This document shows positions 1-10,082 of a stretch of DNA of 28,436 bases, in pieces; position 1 is the first letter of the stretch; each line of letters starts with the position of its first letter. The notes beneath the pieces were generated by a model, which made no database searches, was not told the DNA's origin, and saw only the letters and a list, made by a program, of their open reading frames with translations. The position numbers and the translations under genes were made by a program. The DNA comes from Spirogloea muscicola (lineage: Eukaryota). Location of the stretch: positions 730,929 through 759,364 of the forward strand of contig WELB01000025.1 of the NCBI GenBank assembly GCA_009602725.1, given 5' to 3'.

Positions 1-219
1 GGAACACATCTGCATGTCGTGTGTAGCCTAGATTGGCTATGTTTTGAAGGAGAGGAAGGAAACAAGGACCTAAGCAGCCAAAGATGTCGATTGCTGCTGG
101 CAAGAGCTGATCACATCGGGGGTAATCGGAGTAGTGCTGCAACTTTCTTTGCTCAGCACTGCCCACTGCGTGGCCAGCGATGTGTGTCGATGCTGGACCT
201 TTATATGCCCTTTATAGGA

Positions 220-750
220 AAAAGGGGCCGAGGGCTGTTAAAAGACAGTCCAGAGGATAGTGAACAGAAGAAAGAGCCCCTTCTCTTTTGCAGCAGCTCT
301 TGAGTGTAAAGGGAAAGAGGGAAAGGTGCGCGATGCTCATGTAACTAAATGTAAAGCCATCCAACAAGCTAAGCTAAGGAGCCAGAGCACCACCATGCAA
401 GCCATTAGCCTGGCCTAATGGGCGCCCAGCACGCTGGTGTATCGCAAATGCCTGGGAGCGCTGCAGCCTCAACGAAAGCTGCAATCTACAGCAAGCTTGC
501 AGGACGCTAGAATGCCCTAAGCTACCCGTCCAACCACGATCACGGCGGGCATCGACAAGCTGTGCCAGGCGATGGAGGAGGGAAGACCACTCTGTACCAT
601 AGCCGCCATACATATCCATGGCGCACGGGAAGAAGTAGGCTCACGAGGTAAAAACCACAAGGCCACACGCCCACCTCTATGTGGGGCACCCCCCCAGTGA
701 CTGTAAATCTAGTAGTGTCAGTCAGCCACATTGCCTTGACCCCTCTTAGC
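220..750 (-). mobile_element. Decayed 3' fragment of an RLE (CRE-like) non-LTR retrotransposon
   Basis: The minus strand reads (stop)AYFFPCAMDMYGGYGTEWSSLLHRLAQL...RLQLSLRLQRSQAFAIHQRAGRPL (about 640-374). This is colinear with FFPLAIDTHGALGARWLELLNQL...RLAVSLQRSMARALHLRAGRAL at 20032-20250. It is followed by the family hairpin GGACTGT-CTTTTA-ACAGCCC (rc of 232-251). The 5' limit is approximate. Confidence 0.8.
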
Positions 751-914
751 AGGGTTTGCACGCAGTAGTATTCACTTAATCTCGTATTTTCGCTTACAAA
801 TGAACTGCATAATGTGATCCGCTTAATTCCTGCAGCTATGGCAACCGCGTGACCAGCCTTACTGGCCGCTAGACTGAGTTGCTGCGGTCAGAATGTAAGT
901 CCACTAGTAACGCA

Positions 915-1055
915 TCAGTGAGATGTGCCGGCCACTGCCAGGCCTTAAGCCAACCAAGATCGCCTTGCCGTTTCAAGTGAGCTAGAGCTTGAATCCAATG
1001 AGCATAGTTCTGTCTCCTTGTCCATTAGTTTCTGGCTGGCCTTTCATAGCATCCG
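915..1055 (+). mobile_element. Degenerate copy of the retroelement 3'-UTR motif
   Basis: CCTTGTCCATTAGTTTCTGGCTGGCCTTTCATAGC at 1016-1050 matches CCTTGTCCATTCCTTTGGGCTGGCCTCTCCCAGC at 15628-15661. The upstream part is only weakly similar. Confidence 0.6.
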
Positions 1056-1136
1056 CCTGCTTCGAATGAGCTTACTTTCTCTGAATGACATCTGGATGGA
1101 GCCTATTTCCTTGACTTCGCAGGCACTGCCCTTAGA

Positions 1137-1210
1137 CGTCCTGCTGCTAGTCAATCTGCTACTGATGATCAGGTTACTAGAATCTTCGTGGTCTCTCTGT
1201 TCTCTTCAGA
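1137..1210 (+). mobile_element. Possible degenerate ORF-end fragment of the same family
   Basis: CCTGCTGCTAGT...AGGTTACTAG resembles CCGGCGGCTAGT...AGGTTACTAA (PAAS...GY*) at 7770-7817 and is followed by pyrimidine-rich sequence. Confidence 0.4.
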
Positions 1211-1324
1211 TTGACGCCGTCAGGCCGGGAAAGCGCATCGTAGCTGGGCAAGGGTGTGAGAAGCGCGCTCCGCGAAACGGGCGCCGAAGCTGGGAGGCAA
1301 CGCGAGACGCGCAGCAGACGCTTG

Positions 1325-1412
1325 CGCCCGTTCTGGAAGGCGCACCGAAAGGGGCGGTGGCATGTGAAAACCCAGCCCAGGAAAGTCGGACGAAGTTCTG
1401 TCAAGGTGCCGT
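1325..1412 (-). mobile_element. Retroelement 3'-UTR motif copy
   Basis: Plus-strand TGTGAAAACCCAGCCC (1363-1378) matches TGTGAAAAGCCAGCCC (19765-19780). GCCCGTTCTGGAAG...CCGAAA (about 1327-1350) resembles GCCCTTCCGGAAG...CCGAAA (about 19672-19696). Confidence 0.65.
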
Positions 1413-1485
1413 GGGGTAATGGTCTTTGTATCGATTTGTATTAAACAGACAAACCGGATTTTGCAACCCCTACACTCGGCCCGTG

Positions 1486-1610
1486 TGGACCGGGCCCGGT
1501 CCAAAGGAACAACCTCGGTGCGAGAAACGGTGTATTTGGTGGTGGTGAACGCGTACCGAGCAGACGGACCGAAACGGCGCCACCGACCCCCAGTCTGGAC
1601 CGGCCCGGTC
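1486..1610. repeat. Perfect 18-bp palindrome and a near-copy
   Basis: TGGACCGGGCCCGGTCCA (1486-1503) is self-complementary. TGGACCGGCCCGGTC lies at 1596-1610. Confidence 0.85.
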
Positions 1611-1956
1611 GTATTGGCAGCCCACTGGGAACCGGGAACGCGTAAGTGGCAGTCGTCGGCCATCCCCCGACAGGTGCCAGGGTTAATCTACGAGTGCCGG
1701 GCGCCCGACAAGCCCGACAACCCCGAGCGTTGCTCAATGGCAATAATGGGCCGGGAGGCGGCAACCGCCCAAACTCCCCGTCTGGGATTGCCGCTTCCGG
1801 CCCATTGGCATTGGCCGCTTTGGCCCATCTACCGCTTACGACACGCCACTCCCCAACTCCCATAACCCCAAAGCCCCCCCTCCCGGCTCCTACACCGCCC
1901 GCCCCGCCGAGCCAGGCGCCGCACCGCCCGCCGCCGCCGCCGCCGCCGCCGCCGCC

Positions 1957-2836
1957 NNNNNNNNNNNNNNNNNNNNNNNNNNNNNNNNNNNNNNNNNNNN
2001 NNNNNNNNNNNNNNNNNNNNNNNNNNNNNNNNNNNNNNNNNNNNNNNNNNNNNNNNNNNNNNNNNNNNNNNNNNNNNNNNNNNNNNNNNNNNNNNNNNNN
2101 NNNNNNNNNNNNNNNNNNNNNNNNNNNNNNNNNNNNNNNNNNNNNNNNNNNNNNNNNNNNNNNNNNNNNNNNNNNNNNNNNNNNNNNNNNNNNNNNNNNN
2201 NNNNNNNNNNNNNNNNNNNNNNNNNNNNNNNNNNNNNNNNNNNNNNNNNNNNNNNNNNNNNNNNNNNNNNNNNNNNNNNNNNNNNNNNNNNNNNNNNNNN
2301 NNNNNNNNNNNNNNNNNNNNNNNNNNNNNNNNNNNNNNNNNNNNNNNNNNNNNNNNNNNNNNNNNNNNNNNNNNNNNNNNNNNNNNNNNNNNNNNNNNNN
2401 NNNNNNNNNNNNNNNNNNNNNNNNNNNNNNNNNNNNNNNNNNNNNNNNNNNNNNNNNNNNNNNNNNNNNNNNNNNNNNNNNNNNNNNNNNNNNNNNNNNN
2501 NNNNNNNNNNNNNNNNNNNNNNNNNNNNNNNNNNNNNNNNNNNNNNNNNNNNNNNNNNNNNNNNNNNNNNNNNNNNNNNNNNNNNNNNNNNNNNNNNNNN
2601 NNNNNNNNNNNNNNNNNNNNNNNNNNNNNNNNNNNNNNNNNNNNNNNNNNNNNNNNNNNNNNNNNNNNNNNNNNNNNNNNNNNNNNNNNNNNNNNNNNNN
2701 NNNNNNNNNNNNNNNNNNNNNNNNNNNNNNNNNNNNNNNNNNNNNNNNNNNNNNNNNNNNNNNNNNNNNNNNNNNNNNNNNNNNNNNNNNNNNNNNNNNN
2801 NNNNNNNNNNNNNNNNNNNNNNNNNNNNNNNNNNNN
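1957..2836. other. Assembly gap (N run) following a (GCC)n tract
   Basis: 880 N directly after (CCG)n at about 1928-1956. It probably hides the first exon(s) of the U-box gene. Confidence 0.98.
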
Positions 2837-2842
2837 TCGCAG

Positions 2843-5762
2843 GCGGCGCCGGCGGTGGCCGGCGGGGCCAGGCTGCGTCGGCCGCCGGCGACGACTGGCG
2901 GGACTGGTGGGAGCGGCTGGCCTGCTGCAAGGAGTGGGGCGGCTATGCTTTGCTCTGGCTCTGGCCCGCCACCGCGCATCTCCAGGGCCATGGCGAGGAC
3001 GGCGGTGGCAGGGGGAGCCCGCGGCGGGCTGACGGCAGCGACGACTGTGGCAATGACTGCGGCGCTGCGGACCGCCGGCGGGCACAACGGACGCTGGCCG
3101 GCGGCGTCGGCAGCGGCGGTGGTTTGGAGGAGAAGGGCGAGCGCTCGCGACGCAAGGCGCAGGAGCGGCAGCGCGCCAAGGCGGAGCGCGAGGAGCTGGA
3201 GGCTGAGGAGGCGCGGCAGCGAGCGGAGGTGGCGCGTCTTGTGGAGGAGCGGCGGCAGGAGCTGGAGGCGGAGCGGAAGCGCAGCCTCGAGGCCGAGCGG
3301 CAGGAGCGCAGCCAGGAGCAGGAGCACGAGCAGGAGCAGCGCAAGCGGGAGCTGGCGCATGAGCTCGAGCAGGAGCTGGAGGGGAGGAGGGAGAGGGAGA
3401 GGGAGAGGGAGAGGGAGAGGGAGCGGGAGCGGGAGCAGGAGAGGGAGAGGGAGAGGGAGAGGGAGAGGGAGAAGGTGAGGGAGGGGGAGACTGGGAGGCC
3501 GAGAGTGGCGGAGAGGCCTGCAGCAGCGGCCGCCAAGGTGGCCGCCAACACTGGCGTGCCACATGGGCCTCCAGTTGCCGGTGGCGCAGGGCGGAGGAGA
3601 GACAGAGGTTCCCGAAGAAGCGAGGCACGGCAGGACAACCGGGTCCCCGAGCAGGGCCTCGCTGCCGGCGGGCGAGCAGCGCCGCCGGCTGTCCGCTCGA
3701 ATGCCCACGTGGCGGCTGCCGTCAGCGCCAAGGGGCCCCCTCCGGTGCGGCTGAGTGGCGTGAAGGCCACGGCTGCATCAGGGGCCAAGAGCCCGAGCAC
3801 AGCCGGCGGCGGTCGACTTTGGGGCCGCAGGTTGCCACTATTGTCCGAGCACGGCGGCGCGCCGGCGGCTCGGCGGCCGGAAACGGCGGCGCCCGTTGGG
3901 GCTGGCCATGCGGCGGCGCAGCAGTCGCCCGGGCCAGTGCCTCGCTCGCCGCCACACCGGCAGCCTGTGCTGCCGCCAACGCCGGAGACGCCAGCAGTGA
4001 GCGCTGCGGCGCAGCCGCTGCCACAGGCGCCTCCCCACCCTGCCACCACGAGCAAGCCGTGGCACCGACTCTTCTCCGTGGTAGCCAGCTCCGCGCCGGC
4101 ACCAACGGACCCAGTGCTCCCGACGCCGCCACCCAAGCGTGGGCCGCCGCACCTGCAGCAGGTGTGGCCGGCTCCACTGCTGCCGCCGCCGCCGTCTCAG
4201 GAGCTGAAGGTGTCCAGCGGCAGCGGCGATGGCGAGCTCGGTGTGCCCTCCTCGTCGCCCTTCTTCTTCGGTCCTGCCGCGACGCTCTTCTCGCCGCTCG
4301 TCACGTGCGCCCTGGACGTTCCGAGCTTGCGCAGCGAGCAGCCGCCGCCGGCTGCCAGCTTGGACCAGCCCCCAGATTTCGACCGCCTGCCGCACGACTT
4401 GCTCGGGGACGACTGGATGCTTGTCAGTACGACGACGCCTTCCCTGGGACCGCCAAAGAGCCCGGGTGCCGCGATGGCTGCCGACAGCGACAGGGGCGGC
4501 TGCAGCAGCGACGAGGGGTGGCAGCTGTGGGGTCCTCCGACGCCGCAGCTGGCACCGCCACTGGCGGCCTTCCGGCCTGCCATTGGCAGCGGCGGCAACA
4601 GCAGCACGCTCTCACACACCGCCGCGCCCTTCACACCTACAGCTGCCATTGCCACCGCAGCCAGCGGCACTGTGCCAGCGGCAGTATACACTGCTGAGCC
4701 TGGTGGCCTCCTTCGGCAGCTGTCCTACCAGGCGCAGCCCTTCATGCCTGCCTCCTCTGCCGCTGCCGCAGTCACCACCCCCTTTCCACTTCCTGAGGGC
4801 ATCGCCAGCCCCGCATACCTTCATGGGCGCCAACCTTCGCTTCTGCCGCAGCAATTTCCGGAGGATGAGGCCGCAGCAAGGCTCCCCACGTCTCTCTATC
4901 CCCTCATCACCAGAGACGAGGAGTTGTCTGGCAGCGATGACAAGTGCTGCTTTAGCGGCTCGCCTGGCGCTGGGGCGCTGGCTAGCGAGGGGGGTGATGG
5001 GCGGCACGAGCCAGTCATTGTTGCGCACGACGAGGAGGCGCATTACCTGCCGGCGGAGTTTGTGGACTGCATCACCAAGGAGGTGATGGTTGACCCAGTC
5101 ATCACCGCTGATGGCCACTCGTACGAACGGTCCGCCATTCAAGTATGGTTGAGGTGAGGGCGCCTCGCATACTCAACTCTCCCATAAGTCACAGCGTCGA
5201 TGCACTGGCAACTTGATGCTCTAGTCGCCCTCTTTGTGCCATGAGACTTCTGATCTCTCAACCTCGCTGCTCCCTCTTGAGACCGCGTCAGGCACCACGA
5301 CACGAGCCCGATGACAGGCGAGGTGCTGCCGGCGCCACCACCAGGAGCCGGCCTGGGCGTTGACAAGACGCTGCGGCCAAATCACATTCTACGAAGCCAA
5401 ATACTGGAGTACCGCGAGCGCCTGGTGCGCGGGTCAGTTGTTGCAGTTTGTGCCCAACTGGAGCTGCTTGATGATGCGGACTACCTTGTATACATGCAAG
5501 CATCCCCTGCTTATGGCCGCCCAGGATTTGGGTGGCATGCACTTGCAAGCAGTGCTGCTGCTTGCTTGCGATCAAGTGGGTGCTGATTTAGGACGATCCT
5601 ATGCTGTTGCAGTTTTGACCTGAATTCTACTTGTGGTGCTTAAGTTATGGGCTGCTGACACTCTGCAATCCATCGCTTGATCGCAGGTTGGCAGTCTCCC
5701 ACGATCCTGCTCCACTTTCTGCAGCTCTCCCGGCCCGCCTCTTGCTGGACGATAGCTTGTGA
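2843..5762 (+). CDS. U-box domain protein (putative E3 ubiquitin ligase), 5' end in gap; exons ~2843-5153, 5292-5432, probably 5687-5762
   Basis: The frame is open from the CGCAG acceptor at 2842. It has an E/R-rich coiled coil and a long P/A/S low-complexity region. The U-box, LPAEFVDCITKEVMVDPVITADGHSYERSAIQVWLR|HHDTSPMTGEVL...LRPNHILRSQI, is joined by a phase-compatible GTGAGG...CAG intron (5154-5291). The last intron (GTCAGT 5433...CAG 5686) is less certain; unspliced, the stop is at 5586. Confidence 0.88.
3385..3472 (+). repeat. (GAGAGG)n/(GAGCGG)n microsatellite encoding an Arg-Glu dipeptide run
   Basis: Tandem hexamers are visible and translate to REREREREREREREQERERERERE. Confidence 0.95.
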
Positions 5763-6452
5763 ACTTCCAGGTCGGGCAGCTTGTAGTAAGTCATGCTAGA
5801 TTCCACAGCTTTTGGCGCTCCTTGGCCCACGCTGAGAAGCTGCACAAGGGCGGCCTCACTTCCAAGCCTGTGCTTGAGGAGCCACCCTAGGGTGGCCCAA
5901 TTCTGGCCGGCGATTGAGTGCTGCCTGCATGCAGCTACTCTGTGTTCTCCAACGTGACACTAGAAGCTGCGGTGCAGTCCCCCGGTTCTTAGTTTGCCAC
6001 CGTGTCCGCATTTGCTTTGCTGGAGCCGCTTTTCCGGCTCCTGCTTCCGAGTTGATTGACTTGGCAGGACTGCTGGCAAGCAGTCAGGAAGGAGGGCAAA
6101 AGAGGCCCAGCTAATCAGGTCCGATATAATCAGAGTAGGTCGCAACATGCGTTCATAAGATGGCCATTGTAGTCCTGCCCTTGCGCTTCTTCGGCATGGC
6201 CAAAGGCACGCCACTTCCATTTGCACCGGTGCCTGCCTGGGAGCCAACGGCCTGAGCCAGCCGCTTGTGCTTGCTGCCGCTGAGGTGGTCCTTAAAGACC
6301 TTGGCTGAGAATGCCTTGACCGAACACGTGGAGCAGAAGTATCTGCACTCAACACAACAAGCAGCGCGAGCCCTGTGCGCTGCGTGAGCTCGGTGGTGCT
6401 GATGAGGGCGCCATTTCAGCGGCCCTGAGCATGCTCTTCCTCTTCATGGCCA

Positions 6453-7433
6453 CTAAGAGCATGAATACTTCTGATTGCAGCGGGCTGCTAGGCAGCCTGT
6501 GGCATCATGGCCAGCTAAGGTGCGGCGGTTGGGCAAGCAGGTGGGGGCTGCAGACTTGGGCTTTTGCTTGGCAGTCGCAGCAGGGCGCTCTTTGACGACG
6601 GCCTCCTGAGCAAACGGCAGCAGCTTCTTCCTCTTTGCCTCGGGCGGGCCAGCCGAGAGCTCCTCCTGCTGCTCATCGTCCTCCTCATCGTCCTCCTCCG
6701 CTGCATCCTGCGCCCGCAAAAGGACCTCGGCTGCTGAGCCGCGCAGAAGAGAAGGACAGGCCAATCTGGCACTGCAGGCCGTGTAAGTGCCACTAAGCAC
6801 CGCAGGGGATGTCCAAGATAAGCGCAGCGCCGGCTTTGTAGCGCCCACCTCAGGGTCCGAGAAGGACTCCACGTGCGTTACCTGCACGCCGCGCGGGTGT
6901 GCTCCACCTGCAGCACCGGCAGCGGCCCCGACGACCACCACCGATCACAAGGCTGCGCTTTTGGGTACTGGGCGCCCAGAGCAGACTCAGACGGCAGCGA
7001 GGTAGCCCCATCGGAAAGTGCCGCGGCAGGGGGCGCACAACGTAGGAGCCAGCGCTTGGGCGCGTTGGCGGGAGGCTGCCACACAGCCCGGAGTCACGAG
7101 GCGGGGCGACCACCGCTGCTTTGACGCGGCCCGAGGCCAGGGCCTCGCAACGAGGGCTGGCATTGTCTACCACGTCGCCTGCAGGGTCGAGGAGATGGAG
7201 GAGGAAGGCGCGGGCCGGGTGCCTGTGATGGAGGTCTTGGCGCTGTGCACGGCGAGCTCGACGAGGTCCGGGTCCAGCGGCGCGCCGCCCGAAAGCTTGC
7301 GCCGCAGGAACTTGGCCAGCGCCGTGGCCTTGTTCGTCAGCAGCGGCCCGCCGGGGTGCGCCAGCCGCGGCGCCGCCGCCGCCGCCGCCGCANCGAGCTC
7401 CGCGAGCGACGCCGCCGGCCGCGGCGGCGCCAT
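6453..7433 (-). CDS. Conserved plant uncharacterised protein; exons ~7433-7223, 6907-6849, 6707-~6453 (3' end uncertain)
   Basis: TNKATALAKFLRRKL...LDPDLVELAVHSAKTSI followed by GVQVTHVESFSDPE resembles, from memory, a land-plant unknown family (ALTKFLERKL...PDLIELAVKNAK...HVDSF). An acidic tract and KRKK (possible NLS) follow. There is one N at 7393. Intron 1 requires a GC donor. Confidence 0.65.
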
Positions 7434-7456
7434 GGCGGCCCCCCCCAGCCCCGGCC

Positions 7457-7511
7457 CGAACCCTAACCTTAGCTCTGAGCAAGGGCTTCCAACCTCCGGA
7501 CCCTAGCCCTG
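7457..7511. repeat. Degenerate telomere-like motifs upstream of the ATG at 7433
   Basis: GAACCCTAACCTTAG...GGACCCTAGCCCTG. Confidence 0.5.
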
Positions 7512-7560
7512 ACGCGCCAACAACCCACCTTCCCGTACCAACCCCCGCGCCTAAAGCGTG

Positions 7561-7655
7561 CACCTCGACAAGTGAGCAAGCGCGGTCAGATTAACTGGTC
7601 GCTAGGAGAGGCCAGCCCAAAGTAATGGACAAGGTCTGAGGGAGCCGACAAGTGA
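7561..7655 (-). mobile_element. Short retroelement 3'-UTR copy
   Basis: The reverse complement of 7576-7646 is 65/71 identical (hand alignment, ungapped) to 15616-15686. Confidence 0.9.
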
Positions 7656-7659
7656 ACAG

Positions 7660-7912
7660 TGTGCCCCGTGGCAGCTCAAACCATCCGTGCACTCTCGTCC
7701 CACGCCTTGCACCTGCGTGCCGGCCGTGCTCTAGCTGCAGCCTCTGGCTTTCGTCAAGGGGACTGCTTTCCGGCGGCTAGTCTTCCTGACTTGCGGCTGC
7801 AAAGTAGAGGTTACTAAGTGATTATCCTACATGGTACTTGCTTCTTCATGTGTTTCAGCGCTTTTCGGTCCCTTCAGACCTTCCATTTTTTCGGGCTGGG
7901 TTCTCAGCAGCA
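7660..7912 (+). mobile_element. 5'-truncated RLE retrotransposon 3' end
   Basis: 7701-7817 encodes HALHLRAGRALAAASGFRQGDCFPAASLPDLRLQSRGY*, against RALHLRAGRALAAASGSGQGTRFQEPSLSDLRLLSRGY* at 20218-20334. The 3'-UTR motif is at 7866-7910. Confidence 0.9.
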
Positions 7913-8133
7913 ACAACCCATTACTTTTGTACACAAACAACAGGGCATCGAAGACGACGCCGCCCAGACGCGGGCTGGGCTGCCTGTTCGTAATATTACG
8001 TGGCTGAAAGAAGGCACATCATTCTCCCGATCAGCTCATCTCGCGCACGTCTACTAAGGCGGTTAGATCGTCTTAGTGTAAACGAGTGATGATGCTAGAA
8101 TTGGCAAAGAAATCTGGGGCGTCCTGATTTGCA

Positions 8134-9270
8134 GTGTCCCTCCTTCCCATCGCCTGGCCTATCGCGATTTGTGCCCGTAGTGTGCCCTCGGGCAACTGTA
8201 CAAGCCCCTATGTGCTGCAACAAGCCCCTCTTATGACTCAAGGACAGTGGAGCGGAGGCTGTCTGCAGACTGCATCTGGGCCACCGTTAGCCGCCACGGC
8301 CAGGCATGAAATGAAATACCTCAGGACACGTTGGCTACTCACACGCTTTGCCATGCCTTTGCCTCCAAGCTCAGCGTTCGCCTTCTGCAACAGTGACGTG
8401 GCTTGTTACAATGAGCTTGCGTTGCATCAAGACCCCTTGCTGCCATCGCTGCATGACCCCAGACGAACTTCTACGACCCCTGTAAGGAGACCGCTGTTGC
8501 TGTCGCAGCTGTCAATGCAACCCAAGTCTAGGCTTTTAGGCAGGGCCGCCACTCACCTGTAGGTAGGAAGGGAGGGCCTTCTCCGCCCTCGTGCTGAGGG
8601 CCTTCTCCGCCCGCGTGCTCTGCATCTGGAATCCTACTGCCGTTGCAAACTCTGCTGCAAGTCAATCTGCTCCCTACAGTGCTGTGGCTCGGTTCCAAGC
8701 GTGCAGCGGTTGGACCCTCGCAGCGCTAAGCCTCTGAAGTGAGCCGCTAAGTCATGAGTTGGCCATACGCGGGCAGTACCACACAGGGTGTTATCGATGC
8801 CACTCTTGCCTATCTGGGCGGCAACCTTCAAGTGAGGTGCATACCGCCTATGTCATGGCGGATTGCGAGGCCCCACCCTTCACCCAGAAGCCCTGGTCGC
8901 CCAGGTCTGGGTGAAGGGACTTGGCTGGGTCTGGACGCGATAAGACTACTGTGAAGGAGCTTACCAATGCTGTTTGGTTAGGTATTGCCACAGTGTAGCT
9001 ACTCGACGAGACTTACTTGTCGGGCAGCAGGACTTCACAAGAGCAGGGCTGCCTTCTAGGCGCTTCTGTTCCTATGAGGACGCAGTGTGGGACAGGCGGC
9101 CAACACCCTGTCAGGCGATTGGGCAGGGGCTTATCAGTTTTCAGAGTAATCAATTGTCAGAGGCTTGGGTTGTTTGTAGTCGGAATTAGGGAACAATTAA
9201 GACTCGCGACTGAAGCCCTAGTCGCGGCTTTTAGCTCACTTCTCTCATTGTACGCGCATGCGCCACCCCT
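8134..9270 (+). pseudogene. Heavily decayed reverse transcriptase domain of a CRE-like non-LTR element
   Basis: Relics of RT motifs occur in the expected order across frameshifts: WPIAIC (RPIAIG, ~8155), QWSGGC (~8245), LCHAFAS (LxNAFNS, ~8345), NFYDP (~8466), SVQRLDP (GVQQGDP, 8698-8718), LAYLGG (LAYLDD, 8805-8822), DKTTV (~8939) and GCLLGASVPM (~9047). Each match is weak; the support is their colinearity. Confidence 0.65.
8572..8619 (+). repeat. 24-bp tandem duplication
   Basis: GAGGGCCTTCTCCGCCC(T/G)CGTGCT twice, 23/24 identical. Confidence 0.95.
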
Positions 9271-10082
9271 ACTGGTCTTGCATTGAGTTCCAGTGGAAGC
9301 ATTCTTCCCGCACAGCATGGCCCGTGGGCGTCTGGCAAAATGTCAATGTACATCTTGAATTACAGCCCTTTCGCTTACCAAATATTGGTAAGAAAGTGAT
9401 TGTATAAGCAGGACGAGCTTCGAGCCTACGGCCTAGAACAACTGATGCCAATCACGTGGCTCGTCTATCGTCCTCTGCATGCGTGTCAGTGTAGCCCAGT
9501 ATCTCTGTTGCAGAGTGCAGGAAGGCTTGACAAGAAATTGCAAGCAACTAAGCTGCAAGCAAGGCCTCTTGCAACGCATGTCAGGGCTTGATGCACACAA
9601 CACTCGTGCCTTGAGGATTTTGGCGGAATGAAAAGCCAATGGCCCACATCTCTTTATGTAAGCCTGTAGATGCTTATCGACGGTAAGTTGAGCCACAACA
9701 GCAAAGGTAAGTATTGAGACAATGCAAGGAGCATGTTGTGAAAGGGTCTCCAAGCTTTTTCTGCAAATTGACCATGTCTGAAGCTGATCAACCTCAATGA
9801 GGGCGACTACATGACCATTCAGAACAAGTGTCTCTTTGCTGCTTATTCACGTAGTTTTGTGAATTGCTAAAGCGTATCTATGCGTTCATCCGTCAGAAAG
9901 AGTGCATGAATTTGCAAGCGCATATACAAGACCAGCAACAATTATTTTGCTGGAATCTATACCCATGCCTCTCGTGTCAGGTGCCTTTAAAAGAGAGCTG
10001 TCAGCTGTAGGGTCTAGCTTGGGGGTGCTCCAGAGGGTGGAAAATTAGCAGCGTAGTCAAATGGAGGATGCATCTGTCAAGC

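Noticed and set aside
1441..3708. Long ORFs spanning the first gap (and 23924-26046 spanning the second)
   Set aside because: They are artefacts of translating N runs in stop-poor, GC-rich DNA.
2943..5142. Antisense and alternate-frame ORFs over the U-box exon (similarly over presenilin and PLAC8)
   Set aside because: These are shadow ORFs expected from high-GC codon usage.
7566..7655. CGACAAGTGA direct repeat (7566, 7646) as a target-site duplication
   Set aside because: Similarity to the 15616-15700 copy appears to continue through the left repeat, so it is probably internal element sequence.
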